NCBI RefSeq assembly: GCF_009914755.1
Contig: NC_060941.1
DNA length: 64,000 bases
Origin: the human T2T-CHM13v2.0 reference genome, Homo sapiens
Direction: 5' to 3' (one strand)
Shown here: piece by piece, positions 26,676 through 40,300 of the stretch
Numbering within the stretch: the first letter of the stretch is position 1
Layout of the letters: every line of letters begins with the position of its first letter
Notes under the pieces: generated by a model
Databases searched by the model: none
Told to the model about the DNA's origin: nothing
Seen by the model: only the letters and a program-made list of their open reading frames with translations
Program-made: the position numbers and the translations under genes

Positions 26676-29600
26676 AGAGCCCTTTCAAGAACCTTCCCAG
26701 GACCTGTGATTCTTCAAACACTGTTTGAAAACCCATGATTTAGTCTGTGTGAAAAACCATCACAAAGTAGGTCTTTGGTTGTGCCTTCACTAAGTATTAG
26801 CTTCCCAGGATAAGGCACCTAGTTCACCACTATTCCTAGCAGCATGTCATAGTGGCTTAGTAAAATTCTTCACATGTAAAAGATTGAATTTTTATTGTGA
26901 AGTGTAATTTGGATATATTTAAGTTATTTAAATGAATGACCAGCTCATTGATTTGTAGACATCATAAAAGGGCAGCTTATTGAAGAGGAAGTCAAAGGGC
27001 ATTCCTAAGCAGTTACTGTAATTTAGAAGAATAATCAGAAAGCAGGTTAAGAAAAGCCAAAAGGAGATTGTTTAAATATATTTGGATGCATTCATTGAAG
27101 ACAATACGCTACAACAGATGATGAGGTAGTTCTATCTGTATATATACATATTTTTTTAATACACATGATGTTTATAAAGTTAAGTGAGAAGGCATGCTAG
27201 AAGGCAGTATATATGAAAATATAGATCAAAATACTAATTTTTCATATATGAGTATCAGTACTCTAGCTTATTTTTTTATTTTTTATTTATTTTTCTATAA
27301 GAAATGAATTTTCTCTCATTCATTCCAGTCCTGGCTTTTTGTAGTGAAATAGTTTTAGATAACTGAATATGACTGGATGGTCACATTATGCCATAAAATA
27401 CACTGGGTGAAGCACATAGAGCAGGTCAAGAAATAAAACATTTCATTTTAAATGTTCTGATGACAATAATTTAGAAAACAGTATTAGAAAATATTACAGG
27501 ACACATTTTCCCCTTCAAATAAATCATTCTCCTGCAGCCTGTATTGTTGCCATGTAATAATAGCAAATTCAAAGGAGTTTCATGAGACTGAGACAGTCAC
27601 TGTAAGAAAGAACGTTGGGGTACTGACATACACATGCCTGGAAAGGAATTGTGTAGGAGATTCTGAAGCCTAAATCAGTAGCTTTGTACAAAGTCCTTTT
27701 CACTTAGGAGATCTTCTGACTAAAAAAACTGGGAAATTAAATTATAAAGTGATGCAAAAGTAGGTTGTTTATGGGATGATTTCCTACTTACTAGAAGTTT
27801 CTTTAAATATGTACATTGTTGTCATATATATCTTCCTTTAAAAATACTTTCATTTGCTTTTGTTTGGGTTTATTTTTCATAATATTCTTATATCCTATGT
27901 TAGAGTTTTAATCATGAACCAAATGCCACCTCATTCTTCATCCAAACATCATGAAATCATTGCAGATGAGGTGAGGAGATAAAGTAATTGGATTAGAAAT
28001 GGATGGTTTAAGTTTACACCATTTTATTATATCAGGAATTTTTGATATTTGAGATGTAGCTTTCCACAGCTGTGTGATCACTTGTGCCTAACATACGTAT
28101 ATGATACCAGGTTCTGTAATTTTGTTGTTTTAAATTCTGACGGAGAATCCGTGTCGATGGTCAAATCTATCACTTAGAAAAGTTTTATCTGAAGTAAAAC
28201 TACTGATATCTCAATTGAGACAGCACGAAGGTATGATCCTTGTATTACTAAATATTTCTTCCCTTGATTTTCTGCTTTATATCACTTTGCATTTATAAGC
28301 CCTTTACCGAATGGTGGTGGCTGTGTGTGAGCATAATAATTTGTATTTTTAAATTTTTTATCCATAATATTTTCCTAATCTTAAAAAATTAAATTTTATA
28401 TATTTTATTCAGTCTTACAAATATATTGTTCTACCTTAGAATATTTTTATGAAGTGTTAAATTTTCCAGAGGATATATTCATAGTTTAACCTCTAACCTG
28501 TTAAATTATTTGAGAAGAAGAAAAAAGACATGTTTGTAGCATTATGAAATGTCTGTTTCAAAGAATACCCCTGCTTATTTTTTACTTTTCCTATGTTTAT
28601 TCTGATGCAAAATTATAGCTTCAAATACTTATTTTCTGTTTAAAAATAATTAAATATTAAGGAAAAATTATGCAATATGACTACAGAAATTTATTAATAA
28701 TCTAATAATGTTGAAAGAGCTATGTAATTAGAACTTTAACCATTCTTATTTTCAGTTCATTTTAGATTTATTTTCTAAAAGAAACAGTACAACTCAATCA
28801 ATTTGGAAATTTTGTTGAGATTTTTAACTTAAAAGCTTGTAACATGGTAACACTTACAGCTTGTTTAGAAATGTGTGGTGTTTGTGAAGTTCTTTACAAA
28901 GGAACCAGGTAAATCTTGGCTTAATGTTGATTTGATAAAATTCCCTAAAATTTCCCTCAAATGTATTAAAAATAAGCCAAGTTTATTAAAAATAAGTCAA
29001 CTGTGATTGTATTTTCTTTAATAATCAAAAGTATTGAAGAAGTACCTATTTACATCTAAACATGAAAATTGTTATAAAATGTTTTCATGAGTCATACAAT
29101 AAAGGAAGCTTTGAGAGAACCTGGTTATCCATTAATCTTTATTACACCAATTTGGACTAACTGGATTTGTAAAAAGTTCAAATTATGAAATAGTTTTGAA
29201 GAAATATAATACTATTAATTTTTAAATTAAATTAGGATAATTAAGTTTTTGAAGAGTTTCTTGTTAAAAGTAATCTGAGTTGTGGGTATTATGTCTATTT
29301 TTGCATGACCCATAGTAGCTAATAGTGTTATAAATTAATTAACAAACATGATTTGTAATTATACTCAGTGTAATATAAAACATTTAATAAATATACTTAA
29401 AGGTACTTAAACAGTTGGTTATCAAGCATTTAAAATGCCTGCCATCACTACCAACACCACATGTTATTAAAACTATGAAATGGCACTACATGGAATAAAA
29501 GAGTTTGCTAGATGTTAATCACTTTCATCCAGATTTCAGTCTGGATGATGAAAAAAATGACTAATAATATCTAAATTCATGAGATTTTATCATAATTGCA

Positions 29601-30609
29601 GATAAGAAATTTTCTTTAAAATAGTGTTTAATTCAGATTTTTATGAGTTTCAGTGTAGTCTTAATTAGTGAGATTTTAGTCAGCTTGTCTTACTTTATAG
29701 GGCATAAGTGAGATTATATGTTTTCATATGGAAGTCTTTTCTTTTTTTAAAATTTGTTTAATATAATAGATGATGGATGACTTTTACTAAGAGGAACCCT
29801 GGTATTCGTAATGGTTATTTGAGTCAGTGTTTCTGAACTCTTTTGGTTCTTCTTTGCTTTGGTGTTAAATAATTCCTTTTCATACTGTAAATGTTAGTAA
29901 TATTTTTTAGTTACTTATACTTTAAAGGCTTCATAAGGTAGACTCCATGATGCCCTCAAATTCAACAAATGTTAATGCCTGAAGGAAAAAGGAATGATTC
30001 TTTGTAGTTGATTATATATAGATCTTTAGAGAACATATATTTTTAGGTTTTATCTACTTGTACTCATGACCTTTAGGAATATTATTAATCATATGCATAC
30101 ATGCTTGTTAAAAAGTATTCTTAAAGAATGTGAAGAGATAAAAAATACAAAGTTATCTTTTCTATCAGCTTTTTTTTCAATCATCAAGAAATCCAGTAAA
30201 CAACATATATGTTAGAAAATGTTTGTTTTCTGGAAAAAATTAACTGAGTTCTTACAAGTATTTTAATGGTTGTTCACATTGGGAGATGAAAAGCATCCGC
30301 CTTTGTCAGATAGTGTTTCAGAGCACAGAATAACTCTGTAAGATGCCTAATTTTGCTTTGTATGTGGGACACAGATGTTTTCACCTCCAAAAAGGGACAG
30401 CAAGCACATAAAAGGAGATCAAACTTGTTCCCAAAGAATATGTGTGGTGTAACACACTCTTGGAGAGGATTTCAAAAGTAATTAGCTGAGTAAGCTAAAA
30501 AACAGCACTGCTATTTAACTTTAATAGCAGAAAGTGTGCCTTTTAAGGTAGTAGTTTTTTGACTAGACATGGATAAATTAAATGCCCTCGGTGTTTTTTT
30601 TTTTTTAAG

Positions 30610-30755
30610 TTAAACTCTTTATTTAGAGATCTTCATAGATTCACATGCAGTTGTAAGAAATAATATAGAGAGATTGCATGTAGCCTTTACCTACTTTCCC
30701 ACACTGGTAACGTTGCAGAACTGTATAGTACAATATTACAAGCAGGATGTTGACT
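30610..30755 (-). mobile_element. Old L1 (L1MC/MD-like) 3' end fragment
   Basis: tagattcacatgcagttgtaagaaataatatagagaga...ccacactggtaac...atagtacaatattacaagcaggatgttgac. Confidence 0.65.
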
Positions 30756-31218
30756 TTTTGTTTTAAAAATGTTTTTTGAGTCTGTCTAAATGGCCAAAGC
30801 ATAGCACTATTTTTTCTTTTATTCTGAATAAAAGACAACAGTATATAACGATGCATATAAAAATTATCTTAAAAATTAGCCTAATAAATATATGATGAGA
30901 TGTCTGTTCTAGTGTAGGCATGAAGCTTCATACTATATAGAGCTGTTCATATTTGAATAGGTAAAACATTTAGAAATTTTATATAGTATTCTCTTTGCTT
31001 CTTATGTAGTTTATTTGTTCTAATGAAATATTTTATTTTAATCTTTTTCTTTATCTGGGTATTATACAGATGTTGTTAAGTTGAAATCTTTGAATAATTT
31101 TGGTAACCAATATTTTAATTATAAAATTTCTTTGGAACTAATATAGCTATTTTGTTATGAATGAAAATGTGTTTATTATTAGTTTAGCAAGCATATTACT
31201 GATTTTAGATATTAGGTT

Positions 31219-31406
31219 GGTAGTTCTCAAATTTTACCGTGTATAAAGAATCACCTGGGGAGCTGATTGAAAATGCAGATGCTTGTCTCCACTCCCGGAT
31301 ATTCTACTTTGGGTCAGAAGTGAGACCCAGGGATCTGCATTTATAATTAAGGACTGCAGAAGATTTTGATGCAGATGAACCCTGAACTGCACTTTGAGAA
31401 ACACTT
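31219..31406. mobile_element. MER5A/B (hAT-Charlie MITE)
   Basis: gtagttctcaaa...agaatcacctggggagc...aaaatgcagat...atctgcattt...cactttgagaaacact, near-palindromic. Confidence 0.8.
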
Positions 31407-32879
31407 AATATTGAGGTTTTTTAGCATTGTATTGTAGAAGCAATAGAGTGTTGATTTTGTACTCTAAATGTGTATAAAGAACATCGTTTTGTTTTCCAAA
31501 AATAAATTTTTATTCAAATATGGAATTACTGTTTTTTCATAGTCTTCCTACGTAACCTATTGGAATTTTTAGATTTCAACATTGCAATTCAGTAATACCT
31601 GTGCTCTGCAATTGAAATCTTTTTCAAATTCATGGCCAGCAACTCAGGAAAAGTAAAGGCATTTGAGTAGCAAAGAAAAGAGCTTGGAATACAAGTTGAG
31701 AGCCACCAAAAAGTGCTCTGTCAATAGTTGTGTTTCATCAAATAAGTTGTTTGGATTTTGTTTTCTTCAGGCATTTTTAATTTTCCTTTTAAATAATGAC
31801 AAAAGAAATTAAAAATAGTAAGTTGGGGATTAGAGACGAAGATAGAGAGGAAGAGAACATTGGCATCAAACAAAACAAAGAAAATGTAAAGGTGATTGAT
31901 TTTAAGAAGCTAAGGAGTTTGAGCAATCTAATGTGACAGCAAGTACACTGAGTCATTCATTGGGAAAGAGATGAAATAATATTCAGTAAATTGTTTTGAA
32001 GGCTCAGAAATACGAGAAATTTTAGAAATATTTCCATCAAAACTGGTTTCAATTTCATTAATATTTGGGTATGCAAACAAGAAAATTACTTCATTAATCT
32101 AGAAAATTCATTTGTATGCAACATCTTATTTCCCAGAGATGACATAAAAATGAAGTGTGACTTATTCATTTGAGTTTTGAGTAACAGGCATCCTTCTAAG
32201 GAAAAGCTAAGTAATTATACATACCTTTTTTTAGACTTTTTTCTTTCTATTAGCAAAACAAAGCCTAGATGTGCTTTCCATTCATTTCCAGTTTGCTCAG
32301 ACTGACATTTGGCTTGTGTGGGACATACTGATGTTTCAGGAAATTTCTTGCCATAAAGCACGGCTGAGACTTTGGCCGTTTGAATCCTGTACTTATTTGT
32401 TTCTTTGGTATGTACATTTCAAAACTTTTAGTGAATCTCTGACCTCAAAATACATTTTTATGGCAGGTTTTTTTTTAAATCATCTTATTTATAAGGTTAG
32501 CAGAACAAGAACTTCAGCTTGCCTCCCAATGTTAGCAATTAATTATAGTGAAGATGACAAAGATGGACATGTATGGTTTTAGTCTGTTCATAAAGATATT
32601 TGCATGTGATAATTGCCTCCTCTAAAATCAACACTTTATTAAATCTTTAGATTTTTTCATAAAGTAAAAGCTATAGTGTTTAGTTTCCATTTGACATTGA
32701 AATCTTTTTGGTTATTTGTCAGTTTATATTTTTCATTAAAACTTCAAGTTTACTTAGACTGTCCTAACAATTTTTTTGTGTGTGTTTCTTTTTTAAAATC
32801 AGTGAGAAGGCCAAGTCTGTGTGAGGTGGTGAGGAATTTAATGGGTAAAGATGTTTTTAGGTGGTGTGTTTTTTTAATT

Positions 32880-33265
32880 GTTTTACCAAGAGTTGGTGAG
32901 GATGCTAGAAGGCAGGCCTTCTTCTCACTGTTGGTGAAACTAAATTGGGAGTGCCTTTCTGAAGGGAAATTTTAGAAGTATAATTTAAAATTCTTAAAAA
33001 CATGTTTTCTTCAACCCAGTAATTCCATTTCTAGAAGTTTTTTTCTAAATTATCAAAATATGTGCAAATATATTTATATATTATAAACATATTAAATATT
33101 ATTTCAATATAGAAAAAGTGGTCTCAGTAAATTGTTTTATTCATATAATGTAACACTATATAATATCATAGAAATTGCATTTCCAGATGATATTTAATGA
33201 CATGGAAAGTTTTTGAGTCTTAAATGAGAAACTATTAGAATATAATAGTGTGTACAGTATGTGTA
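32880..33265 (+). mobile_element. Old L1 (L1ME-like) fragment
   Basis: ccaagagttggtgaggatg...cactgttggtgaaactaaattgg...aacccagtaattccatttctagaa. Confidence 0.6.
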
Positions 33266-34674
33266 TGAGTGATTGGATCAAAAAATATTTATACTTTTTA
33301 ACCCAGTCATTCTTTTTTTAGAAATTAACATATCCTAAGTGAAAGTAAATACTTACATCTCTTTTTAAAATGCTGATCAGAGGTAGGAGAATAAAAATAA
33401 TTCTTCCCATGTGGGTTATTATATATTTAATGCTTTCATACACAAAATTTTAAGAATAGTGTTGTTAAAAGAGTGTGATTAGGATTTCCGACTCATATAT
33501 AGGCTTTAACAACTATCTAATACAAATCCCTTTAAAAATAGTAAACTAATAAATGGTAGAAAAATAAATAGTATTAAGGTAGACTAGAAAGGGTACCAGT
33601 TATTGAATGCATTTTCTATGTCTAGATTAGTCTTCATGTCCTTCAACACTTTGCCTGTGTTCCTGGTTTTTCTTTCCATGCAGATTAGGTCATTATTCAG
33701 ATAGAGTTTTGTGATTCTGTCAGAGCTCTTAATTCCAAAATGTTCTTACGTGGCAGACACAATTCAGTTTTTTTTTTTTTTTTTTTTTACCATATTTCTA
33801 CAACCTAGCAATCTTACTACACTAAAATCAACCAAATTTCTTACTCTGATTCTGATTCTTTGAAATATTTCATAATGTGGTCGTCATTAAAGGGACACAC
33901 ATGAATAAAATTTCCTTACAAAGGGAATAGTGTCACTCAGCTATAATATATTGGCTTGTAGCTCTTGATCAGTTCTTTTCAATAATACACACATGCACAA
34001 ATAGACACCATACTGTATATGACATGTCAGAATCTGATATTTTCTCTTAATATCAAATCATGGACTTTCCAGGTCATTAAATATTATTTGTTTTTAAGGG
34101 GCTTTTAGAATATTGTGTATTGTGCCATTTTACAGATAAGCCAAACTTTACATTAACTTAGCCCACATTGTCAGACATTGAAACTGTATCTGGTACATTA
34201 TAAGCAATTCCACTAAAGATAAACATGCTGGTTGTCCTTGTTGAAAAGAACAAAATCATTTTAAATGTTTTCTCCATAGTATCCTCCTAATGGCAACCAC
34301 TGTATTGGTAGCCAGAGTAATGTTTTTTTAAGTTTCCATTTTATATTGTGAAGGGTCAGCCCTACCGGTTCTTGAGTGCTAGCTATATAAGTAAACATAG
34401 ATTTCTGTGAAAAGTGCTCAGGTGTCCTGTACCCCAGTGCCTGGTGGGCCACATTTTGGACGTATGGTATTCAGACTCATAATCGGTCCTTTCTCTAAAC
34501 TTATAATTAGCAGTTATAATTTGCATTTCTATAGATCTTACTGTACTGCCTCCTATTATTTTATAAACAAGTGTCTTATCTCTTGAGCTGGACCCTGAGC
34601 TGAAGCCAAGGTCTTTGTCTTACACTGCCTGATTGTCTCCTCATCCCAGCATTGTCTCTTGCTCAAGTGTAGTG

Positions 34675-34750
34675 TGCTGTGTGGGGTATTCGGTAGTGAT
34701 GAAGCAACGGAGTGCTGTGTGGTGTATTCAGTAGTGACGAAGCAACGGAG
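34675..34750 (+). repeat. 38-bp tandem duplication (2 units, 3 mismatches)
   Basis: tgctgtgtggggtattcggtagtgatgaagcaacggag / tgctgtgtggtgtattcagtagtgacgaagcaacggag. Confidence 0.92.
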
Positions 34751-34957
34751 ACTCAAGACAGACTGCCTGGGATCATATCCAAGCAGTACGACCTCGATCA
34801 TTTACTTTATTTGTCTGGGCCTCAGTTTCCTCATCTTTAAAATGATGATAATGATAATGCCTCCTGATTAGGGTTACAGTGAGGATTACATGAAATAATA
34901 CACAAAAGAACTTAGCCCAGGCTTGGTAATAGTAAGCCCTTAGTAAATAGTAACTAA
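34715..34957 (+). mobile_element. MIR, near full length
   Basis: cagactgcctggg...gggcctcagtttcctcatctttaaaatg...gtgaggattacatgaaataat...atagtaagcccttagtaaatagtaac. Confidence 0.8.
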
Positions 34958-37074
34958 TGGTAGTAAATTGTTCTTGATTTTTATAAAAAGTAAGTTGGTG
35001 CATTGCTCTAGTCTTTTTTTTATCAATATAAAAAAGGCACTGGTGTTCAATATTTTGCATGTCTGTTATAGTCATCCAGTTACTAAACTAGCTATAGATT
35101 TTCACCTGCTTTAATAAAATTATGAATGATTATCATGAGAGGCTAACACATTAATTAACGCTCATAATATTAGCCAGTATCTGTCTAATGAATTGTTTAT
35201 TTATAGCAAATTTGCTGGTGGACTTAGAGCAAATGTACTGCCTTAATCACTAAACTAAACCCATAGCTGAGAATATATACTACTTTTCAAGTAGAAAGCT
35301 GACAAAAATAAAGGTTTTATAATTTTATTATTGAAATTTTCGTAAGAAAGTTTCACATGAAATAACCTAGCTACACCTTTCCTATGCCTAAATAAGTAAA
35401 CGGGATTTCTTGGCAATAAAATAAATAGGTATAAAAGTTGCATAGTGATTGCGAGCTTAGGTGTTTCATTCATAACCATCACTGTATTAAGAGGAAAAAA
35501 TACAGGTGGGCATATTTGAAGCCTTATACTTGGAAGGATCCCTGTGTTGACTCCAGTATTTAGTATCCAAAATTGTTTCAGCTTGCAGTGTTTGATGATT
35601 GCCTGTCTTGCTGTACTAGATGTCTGTAACTTCTTGGAAAAATTAGAATGTGCTATAATAGTAGTAAAAATAAAACAAAAATTCTGAGCAATGTAGGCCT
35701 GGAGAACTGCAGCTATCCATAAACAAAGCCATAGAAAATGTCATTCTGAAAAGCACTCAACAGTAAAGAAACCTTTTCTGATAGGGCTTCTCTTGTAAGT
35801 CTATTTGAATTGCCATCTTTACAAGGAACTTTCTTCCTCAAACTAACCTTCAAAAGAGTTTGTGATGAAAATTTTACATTCCCAATGTGTTTTGGAAAGC
35901 ATGAAAGATTTAATGTGGTTTGGAAAATGTAATGTAACATTCAATTTTAAAAAATATTTCCCAACCATGTGCAAATCTTTTTGAAAGCATGTAGCCACAT
36001 CTATCTATACTTATTATTTGTTTATGATTCATCTCCTTTTTATTTTAATAAGATTTTTTTGACAAGAGAACAAAAAACTATAGACCTACCACTCTGAAAC
36101 AAATAATAAACTGTAAATTATATTAGTATTTTAGGCATTCTTCCAGATTATTTCAGAGTAATCTTAGTTAACATTTTTAATGACTGCCTCATATTCTATC
36201 AAGTTGTTTACCACATTTTAATCATTCCTTTAGTATTTCTTCCAATCATACCTGTTAACAACTACAGTAGATACTTTTTATGGTTGGCATGTAGTTTTCT
36301 CCTCTATTTCTGTATGTATTTCCTTAATATGTAGTTTCAGAAGTGGAATTTATTAGAGATAAACTAAACTCATTAAATTTAGAGTTTCTTATTGTCTTTC
36401 ATGAGAACATTTTTCCTTTTCATTCATAAATGATATTGAAACACTATATTCTTACTTTCATATTCCTGTTTATATTTTTGTTTTTCATGTTAAACATTTT
36501 ACATTCTAATAGTAACCTCATCGACCTGTTAAAAGGCAATATAAGATTTAGATTATTAAATAGCATGTAATATATGTGATCAGTAATCTTCAATGAGCTT
36601 GTTCTTCATTTAATTGCAACGTTATGTCTGATTTTTTTTGTTGCAAAGCTTTCAGAATCTTGACTTGTGGTAATCTTCTTTTAAAAAAGCTTTTAACAGA
36701 ATTAATAAGTCATCACGTTATGATAAATGATTAAGGAAATGATGCCTCTAATACATTGAATTATTAAAACTATCATTTTGAAAAATTATATTGGTACAAA
36801 CTAGTGTCTACTGCTATTACTCATACATTTCAGAATTCATACATGGATATCGTCTAGGATTTTTTTTTTGCGTAATCATGAGTTACGGTGTTAAAGTTAT
36901 AGTGTTAATTTAATTATGTTATAGTGTTAATTTATCTGTTTTACATCTCACTTTTGTATCTGAAACCGTTCGAAAATAATTATTATTAAAGGCCAGTTGA
37001 CAAAATTTCCACTCCTCCTCCCCAGTGTGACTTTCCTTATTTGTATTATACCTATAAAGACTACCTCTTACATC

Positions 37075-37373
37075 GGCCAGGCACAGTGGCTCACGTCTGT
37101 CATCCCAGCACTTTGGGAGGACGAGGTGGGCAGATTGCCTGAGCTCAGGAGTTGGAGACCAGCCTGGGTAATATAGTGAGATCCTGTCTCTACAAAATAT
37201 ACAAAATTAGCTAGGCGTGCCTGTAGTCCCAGCTACTTGGGAGGCTGAGGTGGTAGGATGGCATAGAGTCCAGGAGGCAGAGGTTGCAGTGAGCTGAGAT
37301 GGTGCCACTGCACTCCAGCCTCAGTGTCAGAGCCAGTCCCTGTCTCAAAAAAAAAAAAAAAAAAAAAAAAAAA
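37075..37373 (+). mobile_element. Alu (AluJ-like) with long pure poly-A tail
   Basis: gattgcctgagctcaggagtt / atagtgagatcctgtctctac J-type diagnostics; TSD aagactacctcttaca (37057-37072) / aagactaccttttata (37375-37390). Confidence 0.95.
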
Positions 37374-40300
37374 GAAGACTACCTTTTATAAGAATTAGGA
37401 GTATTTCAGTCTATTCTCATTGTGGAATAAAAGTCACTGTAAACTGGATAGGCTAAAATGCATGTAGTAAGTCTCAGATGATTTAGCATTACAGACTTTT
37501 TTTTGTAAAGACATTTATTATCTAACATTGTTTTATATAATTGCAGATTTCATTATATTTAAAGAGTCCATTTACCTTTTCATTTGTTATGAATTCTGTT
37601 GTTGTGGTAATGATTGTTGTTTAATGTTTCATCTTGCCACATATAATTTAGAATTTCACTGCCTCGCATAAGAGTAGCAGTATATGATCTGGAAGATTTT
37701 TTAAATATAGAATTGTACTAAATAGAGAATTGTGGTCCATATGACATTTCTAAAGTAAAATCTCTGATTGGAAATGTACTCACATAAGTTTTAAAATGTC
37801 TTTTCTGTCTTGAAGTGTTGTTCAAAATTTCTCCGGGATCAGGTTTTCATCATGATTTTAACATCGTCATTGCTTATGTCAAGCCCACCTGCACTGTTGT
37901 CACTCAAATAAGGAGTAAGCGCCTCTTTATTAGAAAACCTGCCCTCCCACTAGCCAGAAACTAGTATTCAAGACTCAAATCTAGTTAGTAAAATTAAAAC
38001 CTTTTCTTTTTGGAAGTATTTTACTAAGACATTAACACTCTTCCTTTAACTCATATTTGTCAGAAAACTAGATGCTACTTTACACAGATAGTTGTGCAGA
38101 CACGGAAAAATCATATGTATTTCTGGATTTTAAGAATTGTGTCTGAGACAGAAAACTGTGACACAGGCAGACAGCCGATAAATACATAATCTATTGTAAT
38201 TCTCTTAATATTGGGATTTAATGACCAAATGCCATTTATCTAAAGCTGCATAATTATGCTAATAAAATCATAGTCACACATCAACTACTGTTATTTATGA
38301 GCATTTAAAAATATTTGCCTGCTTTCTGAGTTAAATTGGTATTTGGCAGAAGAGTTAGAAATAAATTCCCTTTATGCCATTTTTAACTAATTCTTTTTTT
38401 CCTTAAAAATAAAGCACCATTGAAAGACTCAAAATGAACCATTGAACTCTATTATATCTTTTCTTTATTGGAAACTCTTAATAATTTGGAATTTCTATCT
38501 ATGTATAGAAAAGCAAACATTTCTTCCCAGTTTGCTATTAAAAAGAGAACTGAAAATATTTTGTGTGTATATCAAATCTTTTCTTCCATAGATGGACCAC
38601 ATTGTTATCTTTTTCATTCTTTATGGTGGTAAGATCATGTATTACTCTTTCAGGACATGGTGACTGTGCTTGCAACACATTACAGGTTTTTGTTTGGCCT
38701 CTCAGGAAAGAAGCTATGTACTTCAGTTTTTCAGGGTTCTGGGGAATTACCCAATATCCTATCCACTGTGCATGACAAATGTCTTACCCTGCTATAAGAA
38801 TTTTCAGCCTTTTTACATCTTTCAGCAAAGGAACTCTAGGTCCCTCTATCATGTGGATGGTCCAACTCTACCATTAGATATAAAGGCATTGCCAGTAATC
38901 AGGTTGAAAGAAAAGCTAGGAACAGTTGTAAAAAGCTGTCAGGAGTATTCAAATTAACAACTGTCTTATAGATGCATATTTCCCGTGTTGTCTTCTTAAG
39001 ACCTCTTTGAAAATGTCCCAGTGTATTTCGGGTACTGATTTTATCCTTTAATGCAAATACCATTATTTACTATTTATTATTATTTTAATAGGATAGTCAT
39101 TGTTTTCATTTATCATTCCAATTTCTTCCATTGAAATGTATAAAGAAGCACATTTTGTTATGTATTTGCTTGAAAACATATACTCTTTAAACATGAAGAT
39201 TTTTAAGTTACTTTAAAATACATTTATGGAATTGATAAGAAAGTCTTTCAGGATTGTGGAGAAAATGGGCAGTAGAGCAATTTTACCTAAGCTGAAATGC
39301 ACTATAATTGCTTGTACTCCCAACACAGCATCTCAGAGATGGAACAAACAGAGTCGTTAAAGAGAGGTTTCAAGTCGCTTTGCTTAGGTAATATAGTAGA
39401 AAGCTATTATCTCCTCTCTGACCAAATCACTTCTCTTGTCATTTGGGTAGGATCTGAAGTTCAAAAACAAACTGTAATCTTAGAGGAAACGTGTAAATCT
39501 TTCAGGGTGTTATTGAACATTTTCAACACGTTGAACATTATCAAAAGCATATGCAACTGTCTTTTAAAGGTGTACTCTGTGTTCTCTGATAGGCAAAATG
39601 GATGAGACGTATTTTCTCCCTATTGCCCCTGGTTTCCCCCTTTCTGTTTCCCTCCTTCCCTTTCTCTCTGTTGTATAGAGTCTTGCTTTTGCTGATGATT
39701 AAGCCAACAGGTGTCAGGAGTGCTAAAGCAAGTTGGCTTTGTGCCCACAAGCGTACAGTGCAGATACTGTGTCACTGTAGGTTTTGGTGAATTGTTGTGT
39801 CCTTCCAAGAGAAGGGATAACCCAGCTGAAATACTGCAACTCCTGAGGGATTAATGTGTTTCCTTTGCTTTATAGTTCAGAATTTTACAGTTTCTTTGTT
39901 TGGGAGTTCTCGGGTTGCTTAATGATTTCTCTGGCCTCCACCCCCACCGTGTTGTGACCAGATGTATATTATAACTGTGTTTGGACCTCTGTAGATTTGC
40001 CAATTTTATTATTAGTATGTGGTATAACCTTTTCTTTTTGAGTACATCATTTTTCTGCAGTAAATGTTCATGTTCTGTTTGTTTTTTGTTTGTTTGTTTT
40101 TAAATGATGGCATTTTCGACTCTGTAGTATTTTAGAGAATGGATTCCAGGGTCATACTGTTGTCACATTATTTTCTCCTTGTTAATGTTGTCAGTAAGCA
40201 TGCCTATTTTGTATTATAATTGTGAGGGGATCTGCAAGGATTTATTAACTATGAAAGTCTTGTATTCATATTAGATTGTGGTGAAGGAGCACTAGTGGAT

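Noticed and set aside
28964-29001. 20-bp tandem duplication tattaaaaataag(c/t)caa (similar small ones at ~10165-10215, ~25120-25175, ~36883-36935)
   Set aside because: Ordinary slippage duplications in AT-rich sequence with no sign of function.
34675-34750. CRISPR-like 38-bp repeat
   Set aside because: Two adjacent units with no spacer, eukaryotic context, no cas genes.
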